From NCBI GenBank assembly GCA_964016885.1, contig OZ024749.1, forward strand, positions 54,746,001 through 54,810,000: a stretch of 64,000 bases of DNA, given 5' to 3'. Within the stretch, counting starts at the first letter, position 1. Each line of letters begins with the position of its first letter. Position numbers and translations under genes: made by a program. This stretch comes from Eledone cirrhosa. Lineage: Eukaryota. This document shows, one piece after another, positions 13,312-26,501 of the stretch. The notes under the pieces were generated by a model. That model worked only from the letters and a program-made list of their open reading frames with translations, did no database searches and was not told the origin of the DNA.

Positions 13312-13440
13312 ACACAATGCCAGCAATTTTAGAGGAAGAATCGATTATATCTACCCTAGTATCTTACTGGTACTTCCTTTTTCCTCGATCTCGGAAGGAT
13401 GTAAATCAAAGTTGACCTCAGTAGGATTTGAACTCAGAGA
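13312..13440 (-). mobile_element. Diverged SINE 3' portion
   Basis: actggtact...cggaaggatgtaaatcaaagttgacctcagtaggatttgaactcaga. Confidence 0.75.
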
Positions 13441-13840
13441 ACCGAATAGCAGAGAGCCAATTTGCCGCCTTAGTGGCAAAGTAGTATCACAAAATAAAAG
13501 AAGTAAAGTGTGTATTGAGACGGACCTATCGTAGATGTGTTCGCAATTCCAGTTTCGAATGTAAAAACGTTTTGTAAACATAGAATGATTGATATGGACA
13601 TTCCTTTTTTTTTTTTTTCGGTTTCTGTATGTGAAAAACCGAATACTTATCAGTTTACAGGCAATCATAAATAAATAAAGGTCTAATTCGACACCAGTCC
13701 TCCCTACTTCCAGGTTCGGGCTTTCAATCTCTTTCTTCTGTCCATCCCTCCACTCATCTCCCCAGCTTCTCTATACCATTTATTCCCAAGAAACATTTTA
13801 ATGTTATGTTACTTTCTAACTTAACGTTCATATATATTAT

Positions 13841-14006
13841 TCGTCAAGTATGAAATTTGTAGAAAGAAACAAAGGACCATATGCCTCACTACAAATTTCA
13901 TACTTGACGAGGCAATATATTTGCTCTAGGGTTCTTATATATTCGATATATATTTATCCTTATCGAGCCCTCTTTCGATTTTAGTCTTCACATTTATTAT
14001 CATTAC
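13841..14006 (+). mobile_element. Family F short element preceded by a perfect 22-bp inverted repeat
   Basis: IR tcgtcaagtatgaaatttgtag (13841-13862) / 13889-13910. Body gatatatatttatccttatcgagccctcttt matches 25468-25615 (-) and 60950-61060 (+). Confidence 0.75.
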
Positions 14007-14028
14007 TCTCTCTCTCTCTCTCTCTCTC

Positions 14029-14099
14029 TACTGTCCCAAAAATGTATACACACTTCAACAGCATTCTAATAAATGTATTTATTTTTGGGGGACACTGTA
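14029..14099. mobile_element. Short Tc1/mariner-like MITE (degenerate)
   Basis: Ends tgtcccaaaaatgtatacaca / atttttgggggacactgta; same family as 14497, 44294 and 51652. Confidence 0.7.
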
Positions 14100-14319
14100 T
14101 TTGTGTGTGTGTGTGTATATATATATACATATATATATATATAAGGGGGGTGGGGGTGAGTGGGAGTTTGTTCGTTTGATCACCTGCCTAGCAATATAGG
14201 AAAATATCGATATGTAAAAGATAGCAGGAGATTGTGGGAAGAAAGTTTATCTTATAGTTAATATTTAAACAAAGCCATCAACAATAGTGAAATGGAAACT
14301 ATGGATATATGTATATATG

Positions 14320-14350
<31 letters not shown>

Positions 14351-14451
14351 AAATGCGTGTGTGTGTGTGTGTGTGTGTAAATGCGTGTGTGTGTATATGT
14401 GTGTAAATGCATGTATGTGTAGATATATACATGCACACATGCATGCATTTT

Positions 14452-14496
<45 letters not shown>

Positions 14497-14607
14497 TAGG
14501 TGTCCCCCCCCCCCAAAAAAAAAAAAATGTATACATACTTTGATTACCTGTACAGGCAATATTTATTAGAATGGTGTTGAAGTGTGTATACATTGGGGGG
14601 GGGGGGT
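14497..14607. mobile_element. Short Tc1/mariner-like MITE
   Basis: ggtgtcccc...aaaatgtatacatactttgattacctgtacaggcaatatttattagaatg...gtgtgtatacattgggg; interior nearly identical to 44294-44387. Confidence 0.75.
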
Positions 14608-14865
14608 AAGCATGTTTATATATGTGTATGAATATATGTAAACCTCGCGTGTTTAGTAGACGACGCTGGGATTTGAAAATTGAATTAAATCAGTGGGTAA
14701 GGTGATAGAATGAGCTGGCACACCTATCCCAATCATAGTTGTGGGTTCGATTCCCTCGCATGCTGATAACTTTTTTCCGTACTGGGGGCATAAACGCCTT
14801 GTTAACAATTTTCTGTTGTTGAACATATGGAGAAAGTTACTAATTCATTTCAATTTTCATATACA

Positions 14866-14915
<50 letters not shown>

Positions 14916-15859
14916 TACACATATATATATATAAATATATGAATATATATATATATATATGAATACAAATATATGTATGTATGTATGTATATATATATGT
15001 ATGTATGTATATATATATATATATATATATATAAATATATTGGTGTATATGTGATGTTTCTGTTCGTAGTTCTATATTTAGTTTAGCAAACACATATATA
15101 TATATACAGATAGAAATGTGTGCAACAGACTTACACATACATAGGGCAATATGGGTATAGATGTATCTATAAATACATAGATGTATAGATAGATACATAG
15201 ATGTATACATAGATATATAGATGTATAGATAGATATGTAGATGCATAGAGAATATGAAAGTTAACTGTGTGTACTTATATATATATATATATGACATCCT
15301 ATAGATATTTAGAGAAAATCTGCAAGCTAAGTACACATACACACACATATATATACTTGCATACATACATATAAACACACATACATCCATACAATCCTCC
15401 CACACACACACAACCACACATAGACACACATATACATCAATATACACCCCCACATACACACACACACAAGGGTGCTTGGCATTATTACGAGATGGCTATC
15501 AGTTGATTGACTATACCTAATGTCTACCAGAAGATTCGAAGCCAGTGACATGGTAATTCTTTTTCTGATTATGTTGTTCTAAATCTTAGTGCACGTGCCT
15601 CCTGTGTGTTAATATACGTGTGAGTGTGTTTGTGTGTGCAGGCTGTATGTACATATATATAGCATAAACCTAATTTAATATTGGAATTATAAAAGTAAGC
15701 ATACATATAGAGCAATACATGTATTAATAGATTCCCGTACATGTTCACTCACATGTATGTAAATACATGTTATATATATATATATATATATTACATTCAA
15801 AGTAAAGGAGGTCATGAATGATACAAAATGAATATATGAAGGTGTGTGTGTATATTCGG

Positions 15860-15935
15860 GGGTATGACGCAGCGGTAAGTGTGTTGGGTTTGCAATCAGG
15901 AGATTGTGAGTTCGATTGTGAGACCGGGTGATGTG
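15860..15935 (+). mobile_element. tRNA-like SINE head (second family, degenerate)
   Basis: tgacgcagcggtaag...gtgagttcgatt...accgg resembles the head of the element at 51810-51936. Confidence 0.45.
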
Positions 15936-17049
15936 ATCTTTCAATTATAGATCGAGTATATATATATATATATAAAGTTTCCATTCATACAATTTCATTC
16001 GAAATAATGGGTTGACGCTCGTCTGTTAGAATATACTTGCCTAAGTTTCCATACATTGTATTTAACATTAAATCTCATGATTGTGAAGCAGGCATACAAA
16101 CATTTAATCTATGTGTGTGGGAGTAACAATTCTTCACCATGCTGTGCTGTTATTTCTGTTCGGCTTTGATCTAGCCGTCATATATTGAACATCTTTCTAA
16201 ATATAACGGAAGACAATAATTCTAGAACTACATCAGTGGATCTGTTCATCCCTTTCTTTAACAAAACACATTAGAATATAATTTGTGGTATATGTTGCTG
16301 TTATATCTAGCAGTGTTCATGACCACATAGAACCTCTCCTATTGATGTAGTTTTCTCACTAGCTGCTGTTTAGTTCTCAGACCAGGCGTGACGAAGCCGA
16401 CCTATGATACCGAATATTCCACGTCAGTTTGTGTTTCAGTGAAAGGCATATCTGAAACTAACCTATCTAATTTTTCCATCTATTTTTAAGACGGCAGAGG
16501 AATTTGGTTTGAGGGAAATTTCCAAGTAGGTCATAGGCCATCATAGAAGGCCTCTCGTTGGTCCGTATATAATAAATATGATGGTAAATTGTAATGACTT
16601 TATGCAGCTTCTGTGACACAATGTGTAACATTAAACATTCTCCATATAATCTAATTTCGCTTCTACAAATAGGACGGATATTGTCTTCGAAGAAGTAAAA
16701 TGTATTTTCGTAGAAAACAGTGTTCTTGTGCTGTTTAGAAAAATATCAACGCATGTACTTCTTGTGTATAATTATTCAATTCATACAGCACCTGAAAGAT
16801 CAAAGCATTATTTCCAGAATACATATAGACCGTTATCGCTTAATGATCAATAATTAATGGAAATATACTCTTGATCTGCAGTTTTCCTAAATATTCTTTC
16901 GATACACCTCCAACGAGACAAACAAACACACTTATCACTGAAAATGTATTCAGACTTTCACAATCAAAGAATAAAACCCGCAATCTATTTTCATAACTGT
17001 TAGTCTCAAGACTGCTTAATGGTGGTTAGCCCAATACAATTATTTCAAA

Positions 17050-17086
<37 letters not shown>

Positions 17087-17126
17087 TTTGTCAGTTACTT
17101 ACTTTTGTCGGTCGAGGAAATAACTT

Positions 17127-17175
<49 letters not shown>

Positions 17176-17231
17176 ATATTTGTATATACTTATTGTTGCG
17201 GTTAACAAAAGAATGAAAACTAGACTCAAAA

Positions 17232-17365
17232 CTATGGTTTCTGATTTAGTCACCAGACCAGCCATTGTAGTGGGGGAGAGGGGGAAATCGATTCTATCGA
17301 CACCAGTGGGTTACTGGTGCTTTAGCTTATCGACACCGAAAGGATAAAAGGCAAAGGTAACCTCG
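17232..17365 (-). mobile_element. SINE 3' portion, truncated at an HHR-bearing insert
   Basis: actggtgctttagcttatcgacaccgaaaggataaaaggcaaaggtaacctcg. Confidence 0.75.
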
Positions 17366-17369
17366 TATT

Positions 17370-17455
17370 AGACCCTGAAGAAAGGTCGCTATTTTGATGC
17401 CCCTTCTTTGCTGGAGGCATGACCAACGCTGGGCCTTGAAACCTTGGGTAGCGCT
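17370..17455 (+). ncRNA. Degenerate type I hammerhead motif with long stem II
   Basis: CUGAAGA (17375-81), stem II aagguc...ggccuu, GAAA (17438-41), stem III CC uug GG, GUA triplet. Stem I is poorly paired. Ends near (GT)n. Confidence 0.5.
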
Positions 17456-17484
17456 TTTGTTCTGTGTTTGAACAAACACACCAC

Positions 17485-17531
<47 letters not shown>

Positions 17532-18106
17532 AAGGATTACCTGTAAGTCTTATCTGCTTTAAACAGTTAATTTAATGATATTCAATGGGATCTTAGCTTT
17601 TAAGTATTTACACTTTGAAGTAGCACCTGGCCGAAAGATAAGGAAAGAAAAAAAAAAGGTTTTTTGAAATAATATCATGCAGTCCTTTAAGGTGGTGTAA
17701 TACACTGCTTGCATTCCAGCCTGGTAACACATCAGCCAACCTCCCAGGACATACGTCCTATTCTGTGACCAATACCACCACCAACACCAAAATGAAACAA
17801 TTCAGTCACCGAGTACCAATAACCACATCTTCTATAGAGAAAGATTCGTAGAAACGGTTGCTGTGTGGTTGGATGGGGGGGGGGGGGGGGGGGGTTGATT
17901 GTAAGATACATAAATAAAACAAATAATATTAATAACAAAATAATAAATAATGAACGCAATTATCGAATGGTTACGATAAAAATACCAATTAAGAATGTTG
18001 TATATTAACTTAAACTATCGACAAATTGTCTGGTATTTTGCCAGAAGTATTTCCGCGACTAATCTGAATGTTGGCTGTATCGTAACATCAGCTAGCTGCA
18101 CATACC

Positions 18107-18380
18107 ACCGTCACATACCCCCGTCACATACCACACCATCACATACCACTCCGTCACATACCACTCCGTCACATACCACACCGTCACATACCACACCGTC
18201 ATATCACATACCACTCCATCACATACCACACCGTCACATACCACACCGTCACATACTACACCGTCACATACCACTCCGTCACATACCACTCCGTCACATA
18301 CCACTCCGTCACATACCACACCGTCACATACCACACCGTCATATACCCCACCGTCATATACCCCACCGTCACATACCACC
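18107..18380. repeat. 15-bp minisatellite, ~18 copies
   Basis: Unit ccgtcacataccac(a/t). Confidence 0.95.
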
Positions 18381-19129
18381 ACAACATAGGACCTACACAC
18401 CACCTACACACTACACACCACCCACATACCAATCACTTTCCTATTAAATGCGTGCCAATCATTTTTCTTTGAAGTCTTTAAATATTAGAAATAAAAAAAT
18501 ACGAAGTACACACACCTTCACACACCTACACACACCTTCACCCCCCCCCCATACACACCTACACACACACACACACCTACACGCGAACACACACCTACAC
18601 GCACACACACACCTACACGCACACACACACCTACACGCACACACACGCACACACCTACACACACACGCACACACACACCTACACATCTATATATACTCAT
18701 ATCTTTCATGCTTCTTTGTCAACTACTGACATGGTGTGTCAAGCAATATTTCAACACTGAGCCGAAGTCAAAGTAAAGTGGCTAAGGTGGTTCCGGAGTT
18801 AGGTAAATGGTTCCACCACTGACAGGTGGAAACCTCTTGAAACCGGAGATCATCTGGCAAACATACGTATGCGTTTCTAAGGTATATATATGCGTGTGAA
18901 ATATATATATATAGATATATGTATGAATGCATGTATATTATATTTGGCAATATACTGTATGTATAATTAAAAACATTAAGCATTGAGTTTTAAAGTAGTG
19001 ATTACGTCACTTACTTATTCCGGGCAAATATGTAAATGTGTGTTTATGTGAAGGTAGATAGTTTTGTTCATGTATATCAGGAATGAATGCTTAAACAAGA
19101 AAACTGCTTCTCTTCTGGACATATATATA

Positions 19130-19177
<48 letters not shown>

Positions 19178-19213
19178 CGTGTGTGTATGTATTTGTATGT
19201 GTATAATATATAT

Positions 19214-19312
19214 CGGGATAGAACCAGCTTTAAACTAGTTAGAGCATTACTCAACAATACTCGATACTTGGGATAGTAGAGATGGGTTATATTATAAAGA
19301 GTCGGCTGAGCT
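19214..19312 (-). mobile_element. Family D tail-only insert in (TA)n
   Basis: Minus strand ctctactatcccaagtatcgagtattgttgagtaatgctctaactagtttaaagctgg... aligns by eye with 26211-26293. Confidence 0.65.
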
Positions 19313-19525
19313 TATATATATATATGTATATATATATATATTGTTATCACTGTCATTGTTTACTGTAAGATTTTGCAGAAGACATGGCTTATCAAAACAA
19401 TGTCTTGAGAAGCTGGTAGATACGTGGAAACTTTGAAATAAACTGTAGTCACTTCTTTCACAGTATATCAGGCCTCCATTCAATACAAGTTGAACACATA
19501 CACACACACACTTATCCCACTCTCG

Positions 19526-19556
<31 letters not shown>

Positions 19557-19993
19557 AAAAAAAAGGAAAACAGATGCAAAACACACACACACTTCAGCCA
19601 CACAAGTGTTATGGCTGCGAAAGAAAACCACAATTGATGAATCACGTAAGAAACTAGAAGCACACTTAAATTTCATTGACAAAACTACTCGATTTTTTAC
19701 AGTCTTTCAGCCTAAATGCTGTGTAATTTCTTCCGAACAGAATACCAAGCCGAGTGGTTTATCGCTGTCCAAATCGCAGGACATTACATTCACGCACCAA
19801 AGAATACGTCTCTTTACTCTCAATACCTTTATTCATCCCTTCACGGTCAATGTCTAATTTTTGTTCGAAAGAAATCCGGCATATTTTTTGAAAGGCTGCC
19901 TTGAAATTAGCTTTGAGCGGAAATTAACGAAAACCTGAGTGCTGAAGCGCGTGCGCATGAATGAACACGATGTTTCCTGTGTATGCATAGCTA

Positions 19994-20041
<48 letters not shown>

Positions 20042-20594
20042 ATATATTATATATATTATATATATATTTTATATTATATATATATTATATATATTATATA
20101 TTATATATATATATATTATATATATGCATACACACATATATACATGTACACTCATACATAGATACATGTATGTGTAAGTGCGTAGGAGAGAAATAGGGAG
20201 GGCGTGTTTGTGAGCGTGTGTGTGTATATATATATATATATATACCTGTTTGTGTGTATGTGTGTGTACCTGTTTGTGTTGTGTATAGGCTTATCGATAC
20301 ATAGACGTATATACAATGTTTTGCAGTAGCAAGTATAAATATATTCATATATATGCTTTCTATCTTGGATGTGCAAACTTGTGTTTGCGTGTGTATATGT
20401 ATGCTTACATATATAAACTCTCTAATATCTACCATACACACTTATATACAGGTATAAGAATTTTAAACGTGTGTTTCGATCTACTAACTTATTTGTATCT
20501 GTGCGTTTTCATGTCTTTTCTTATCACATTAACTCCTGTTCTCGCCTGGTCCTCACTCTCTATATATTCCCTTCTTCTGTGTTTCCTGGTGGGA

Positions 20595-20631
<37 letters not shown>

Positions 20632-20644
20632 AGAGAGAGGGAGT

Positions 20645-20753
20645 TGTTAAAACGTTGAATAGAATGCTTTGCAGTATTTGTACCGGCTCTCTTCTATCTG
20701 AGTTCATATACCGCCGAGGTCAACTTTCGCTTTCGTCATTTCGAGGTCGATAA
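20645..20753 (+). mobile_element. Diverged SINE fragment
   Basis: ctgagttcatataccgccgaggtcaactttcgctttcgtcatttcgaggtcgataaa. Confidence 0.75.
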
Positions 20754-20961
20754 AGAAAGAAGACCTGGAGAAGAGATGGGCTCTGTCAGGCTTTAAAATG
20801 CCCTAGAAATGCCGTATACCACCACCACGGCGCCCCTATGTCACCGGATCATGCATACTTTATGTATATATGTATATTTGTAAATATATGTGCAGCGGGT
20901 TCTGATTACGTGCTATTATGAGTATGTACCTGCATATATATATATATATATATATATATGT

Positions 20962-21164
20962 GAAAGGAATCAGGACCCCGACGGCTGAGCTTCGGCCGTT
21001 TCGACAGCTAGATCTGAACTACTGGGTTATTTCAGATCTAGCTGTCGAAACGGCCTGAGCTCAGCCGTCGGGGTCTTGACTCTTTTCCTATTACCCACTC
21101 TACTACCAGTATCGAGTACTTTGGTGCATTATGGTCCACCTGGTTACTTAACCCACTTTCTTCG

Positions 21165-21165
<1 letters not shown>
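20962..21165 (+). mobile_element. Family A fold-back element, copy 2
   Basis: Hairpin 20962-21087. Stem gacagctagatctgaa...ttcagatctagctgtc, then GAAA (21047-50), CGGC...GCCG, GUC (21067-69). Tail contains gtatcgagta (21109-18). Inside (TA)n. Confidence 0.85.
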
Positions 21166-21198
<33 letters not shown>

Positions 21199-21204
<6 letters not shown>

Positions 21205-21297
21205 GACGTCTACAGGACTAGAACTGTTTCATTCGAAATAAATCATTATACTAATGTATTGAGTAACTTACTGTGGTTTCCCCCGATTGAACCTGGG

Positions 21298-21299
<2 letters not shown>
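21199..21299 (+). mobile_element. Family E element (left arm plus tail; right arm absent)
   Basis: tctacaggactagaactgtttcattc and atgtattgagta..ttactgtggtt.cc..cgatt.aacc.gg match 63025-63197; flanked by (TA)n and (CA)(TA)n. Confidence 0.75.
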
Positions 21300-21358
<59 letters not shown>

Positions 21359-21704
21359 CTTTAAATCTACAGTCATTGCTATGGTTACACTATATATATA
21401 TATATATATATATAGATATATATATATATATATTTTTATATATTTATATATAATATTCAAAGCTACACATTGCTGTGTTTACACCATATATATACATATA
21501 TATAATCTTCAACGCTAGTCATTGCTGTGTTTGCACTATATCCCTGTGATTGTTTCATATGTTTATTTTAGATATATTTATATGTCAATCAATTTATAGT
21601 TGATATAAAATGCTCGGATCTATTCATTGGAATCTTGGAGCATATTTTACGGGTGATATGGCGCATGTCTATCTGACACGACACCCTTGATTTAACTTAA
21701 TTTT

Positions 21705-21742
<38 letters not shown>

Positions 21743-22329
21743 CAGAGCTACAAATTGCTGTATTTACACCATATATGTCTATTTTACTATATCCTGATTG
21801 TAGCTGTTATATTTATTCTGCATAAAATGAAATATTTTGTTATCTCGTGTCGTACATTTAATTGGTAGCACTGATGTAACAACTTACCACCAAATTACGA
21901 CATACTTAGAATTGACAAATTTTCAATACCTGGAATTATTACAACTCCTCCTACGCTACAATTATTACAACTTCTCTAACCAGATGAATTTTTAGCTCAT
22001 GTGTTCCCCCATGTTTTGTAAACACATTCAATTATCGATATTCAACGTATACAATTACGACAAGCAAAGATTACCAATTATCCCTAATTAACACTTAGGA
22101 TGACACGTACACACCTCTGTAATGCATAAAATTATTGTTTTCTTTAATGTAAGTATTTGTTTAAAATACTCGAGCAGAAATCTGTCATTCGATGATTATA
22201 GCTAGTATCGTTAATAGTGTATCTGGATACCACCAATGGATATAAGTTAATACATTGATATCAAGAACCAAGACACTTATCTCACTTATCTCACTCTAGC
22301 TTGTGGTCAAGATACTATATATTATAAAG

Positions 22330-22580
22330 AAGGCAACATGCGACTTGCGGGCTACATGCGTCTCTTTACAAGTACACCTGCGGCCCCCACTAAGGTTTTT
22401 ACAGCGCGAACATGTTTTATATTCGTAATATACATTTTTTATAAAATAGTTGTAATGTGTGGCCCTCAGACAACACATATGACCCATGTAGCCCTCAGAC
22501 AACACATATGACCCATGTAGCCCTCAGACAACACACATGACCCATGTAGCCCTCGGTGGATCTTCAGTTTGACATGCCTG
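22330..22580. mobile_element. hAT-like MITE remnant with an internal ~29-bp tandem triplication
   Basis: Right terminus agtttgacatgcctg; left subterminal tgcgacttgcgggctacatgcg; gccctcagacaacacatatgacccatgta occurs three times at 22462-22552. Confidence 0.55.
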
Positions 22581-22834
22581 ATCTTGACTATATTTTAACC
22601 TGTAAATCATGTATCATCTCTGTCGCACCTCATTTCTCCCCCATCCTCTCTCTGTAACATTTGAATCTATCATTTGGACTTTCTTTATTGATATATGTTT
22701 TTGCGTGTAATGTTTGGCATTATATATATGTATATATATATAAATATATATATTATTTGTTTAAAATAATTAAATTAAATTAATTCAACAGTTAAACACA
22801 TAGCAATAATGAGGTTGTTATCAAAGAGCCAGAA

Positions 22835-23300
22835 GATTGACAAGTCGACCCTAAATATTACTAATAGCTCTAGGAAAGCCATGAACCACACCACATCTTT
22901 TTAACTTTGATTTTAAAAGTAGGTTTATAATTATTCATTTTCACTATACTATTGTAGCTGTCCCGGTGGCCGAGTTGGAGGAAGCATAGACGGTGGTGAT
23001 CCTGGTCTGAAGTTCGATCCTGGTCGGAGTCGAGGTTTCCAGTAAACCTTTGCAGTTTTTTCTATGGGATTTCAAATAAAAAAAATGAAAGTTTACATGT
23101 ACCTCTTGACCAGGATTGAACCCAAGACCATAATCTCCACCGTCTCTAGTACCTACCACTTGGCTACTGAGACAACTACGAAAATCTACAGAAAATTCAT
23201 ACTGATAAACCTACTTTCAAAATGTTCACGACAAAATCATATGGTGTCGTTCATGTCTCTCTTAAAGTTATTGCTCCTACTGAAGGTCGACTTCTAACCA
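22835..23300. mobile_element. Long imperfect inverted-repeat element with two convergent tRNA-like heads
   Basis: Arms attttaaaagtaggtttata...tagctgtcccggTGGCCGAGTTGG...GTTCGATCCtggtc versus gaccaggattgaaccc...ccacttggctactgagacaacta...ataaacctactttcaaaat; outer aagtcgacc / ggtcgactt. Confidence 0.7.
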
Positions 23301-23498
23301 CTTCATTACTTTGTATTCATGAATGCTGCTAAAACATTTGCATGTACATTGTATATTTCTAAATTTAAGTAACACATTTTTCTGCAATACATTTTACAAA
23401 ATCATGCTTGCAAAACCCGTGCGCGCGTGCGTGTAAAGTAACTTGAATATATATGTGTATGTATAGCTTTGGAACTTTTTCTATACATCTTATGAATG

Positions 23499-23832
23499 TC
23501 ACCACATCTTTTTAACTTTGATTTTGAAAGTAGGTTTATAATTATTAATTTTCATTATACTTGTGTAGCTGTCGAGTGGGAGGAATGACAGGGTTCCCGG
23601 TAAACCATTTCGTTTTTTTTCTATGGGTTGTAAAATAAAAATTTTACGTGTATCTCTTGACCAGGATTGAACCCAAGACCAGGATCTCCATCGTCTCTAG
23701 TATCTACCACTAGACCACTGAGACGGCTACGAAAATCTACTGAAAATTCATACCTATAAACCTACTTTCAAATTTTCAATACAAACTGATGTCCGTCAAT
23801 GTTATTGCTCCCACTTAGGGTCGACTTCTAAA
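23499..23832. mobile_element. Second, internally deleted copy of the convergent tRNA-like element
   Basis: Aligns with 22890-23297; most of the left tRNA-like head is deleted. Confidence 0.8.
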
Positions 23833-25152
23833 TCATTTGGGTGTTCCATAAACTACATCCTTCTTTTGTTTCTCATCTATCTAGACTATATTTTAACCTG
23901 TAATCCACGTTTCATTTCTGTCGTACCTCATTTCTCCCCTCCCCATCTTCCTCTTTCTCTTCTCTTTCTCTCTATCTTTCTCTCTATCTTTCTCTTTCTC
24001 TGTTTCTCTTTCTCTGTTTCTCTTTCTCTATCTTTCTCTTTCTCTTATCGATCGCAATAGTATTCGATATATAAACCATCGTTCTGAAGGTAACGTTTCC
24101 AGGCCAACAAACAAGGATGTAAATCATATACCTGGCCTATTAACCTGCTTGAGATAGCAGTCAAATCTCCTTCAAATCATATCCTATTGTCTTCAGAAAT
24201 TAGGACACCGCGGATAATGTTCCTGAAAAAAGAAAGTGAAAATAATTGGAGCATGTTTAACCATAGTTCATTCCATGTTGTTTAACTAAAAATAGCAAGT
24301 TAAAACGATAATGTATTTCGTATGATATTTGGCCGTTTTCACGCCATATCCAACTCTTCGCTAAAGCAGATATACATTCAACATGAGTGTCCCACTATAA
24401 ATATATTGTTCTCTATATATTATCAATCACGAACGAATGACAGACATTCAATCCATGAAGTGATTTGAACTAAAAGAATAAAGATTTTGAAAGATAAATC
24501 TAACTCTTGTTCAAACTTTAACCCAGTGTTCATGTTGCCATCTGCTTGTCGTTCTAGATAAATAAATAGACAATAATTTAATTGATTCACTAAGATTTGT
24601 AAATTACTTTGGCCAAACCGTAATACTTCTGGCTGAAAACCATCCTTGAACCTGTTAGCATAACCATTTCTGCAGAATGATGCTTCAGAAGATGAGAACA
24701 CACACACACACACACATGTATATGTATATATATGAATGTATATATGAATAATATATATATATATAAATAATATTTATCTCAATTCGTTTGCTACCCTGTG
24801 GATTAGCCGAGAGCTTTACGTTCTCTTGCATCTGTTTATTGAATTATTCCTAATTAAATATTGTTATCCAACTGGAATGGTGACCTCAGATTTAACGTTA
24901 TGAAGATTGGGATATATTGCTATATTAAAATGGAATAATAGGAAAGTGTAGCTCGACTGAATGTCACCATCGCTATCCACCTTTAATTAAATTGACTTTA
25001 GCATCGCTTCTAAGATACAGTATCCTTATATATATTTGTCTGTGTGTGTGTGTGTGTGTTTGTGTGTGTGTCTGATGGTAGCTAAGATGCTTCCATAGGC
25101 GGCATGCCCGTTGAGCACTCTATGCTCTTACAGAGCAGAGTATGATGGAATA

Positions 25153-25402
25153 GAAAACGAAAAATCAGTGATGCATCTGAACTCAATTTATTTTGTTACA
25201 GTTGTTTCCCCGGCGGACAGCTCGAGACGCGATCATACCCCTGTGAGAGAATATGCTCCGAAATCATTGGATGTGTCTGTCGAACCTGCGGGTCCAGAAT
25301 CAAACAGATCCACACAATGATCGCGTCTCGAACTGTCCGCCGGGGAAACAATTGCAACACTCAATAAATTGAGTTCAGATGCATCGCTGATTTTTCGTTT
25401 TC
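25153..25402. mobile_element. Family G palindromic element, ~85-bp arms each carrying an HHR 3' half
   Basis: Arms 25153-25236 and 25317-25402. Each reads outward as cgccggg-GAAA-caa(t/c)tg-(C/T)A...aataaa...gatgcatc(g/a)ctgatttttcg, alignable to the HHR elements at 42913 and 43241. Confidence 0.8.
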
Positions 25403-25467
25403 GCTCTCTTTCTCTTTCTCCCCCCCCCCCTCTCTCTCTCTCTCGCTCTCGCTCTCGCTCTCTCTCA

Positions 25468-25615
25468 TAATAATAATAAATGTGAAGACTCAAATCCAAA
25501 GAGGGCTCGATAAGGATAAATATATATCAAATATATAAAGACCCTAGTTTCAGAAGATCCCGTTAAGGGTGAAAGCAGCGATTCTTTGGTTAAACGTTAA
25601 TCTGTTATTTTAGTC
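25468..25615 (-). mobile_element. Family F short element
   Basis: Reverse complement of 60950-61060 and 13925-14006; minus strand contains GAAA-C uagg G-UC. Confidence 0.8.
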
Positions 25616-26177
25616 TATATATATATATGCTGCTGCTGTACAATATACTTCATATTGGTTGTGTGATATATTTAAAGTTATTTCAATTTTGTTGGATCTT
25701 TGATATAAGACCCCTAAAGTAATACAACAGGATATTTTCCAGTTATTCTGGAACTATTTTTCAATGCCCCTCTAATGGTTACTCCCTACATATTTCACAT
25801 GGCATTTTAAATGCCTTTCCTTTAAATTAGATGTATGCACGCACGCACGCGCGCGCGCGCGCGCATATACATATTTGAGCTCTTCTGTCTTAAACTGGTA
25901 AACACACAAGAGTGAATATATGAATAGGAATGAATATATACGCTATTCCACATGAAAGGATACGTAACATATACTTTGATATATGAAGTAATATTTTTTA
26001 ACTTATTTTTTTCTTGTACTTATTCCTATCAAACTGTTGAACGTTTTGACTTATAAATATTTTCCCTTCGGCTTGTTCCCTAGAATTAGAAAGACGAAGA
26101 GGGGAATCAGATATAAAGTAAATAGAAAGATATACCTTCTGAGAGGGACACACGAATAAAGGAAAGAAAATGGTCAA

Positions 26178-26210
<33 letters not shown>

Positions 26211-26215
<5 letters not shown>

Positions 26216-26290
26216 TAAAGATATCCTATTACGTCATGTAACGAGTAATTTGTCGAGTAATGGTCTAACCAGTTTCAAACTGAATCCGTC

Positions 26291-26293
<3 letters not shown>
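26211..26293 (+). mobile_element. Family D tail-only insert in (TA)n
   Basis: 83 bp between two (TA)n tracts: aataaa...gtaacgagtaatttgtcgagtaatggtctaaccagtttcaaactg. Confidence 0.65.
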
Positions 26294-26342
<49 letters not shown>

Positions 26343-26449
26343 TACATACATACACATGTGTGTGTTAGCGAAAGAGAGGGTGGGTAAAACTGTATAAACC
26401 AACGGTATATGTGTCTCTTTGTGTTTGTTTCCGTGTGTCCTTAATGAAC

Positions 26450-26501
<52 letters not shown>

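Noticed and set aside
22968-23040. tRNA gene call for the A/B-box sequences here and in the SINE heads
   Set aside because: No complete cloverleaf by eye; embedded in repeats.
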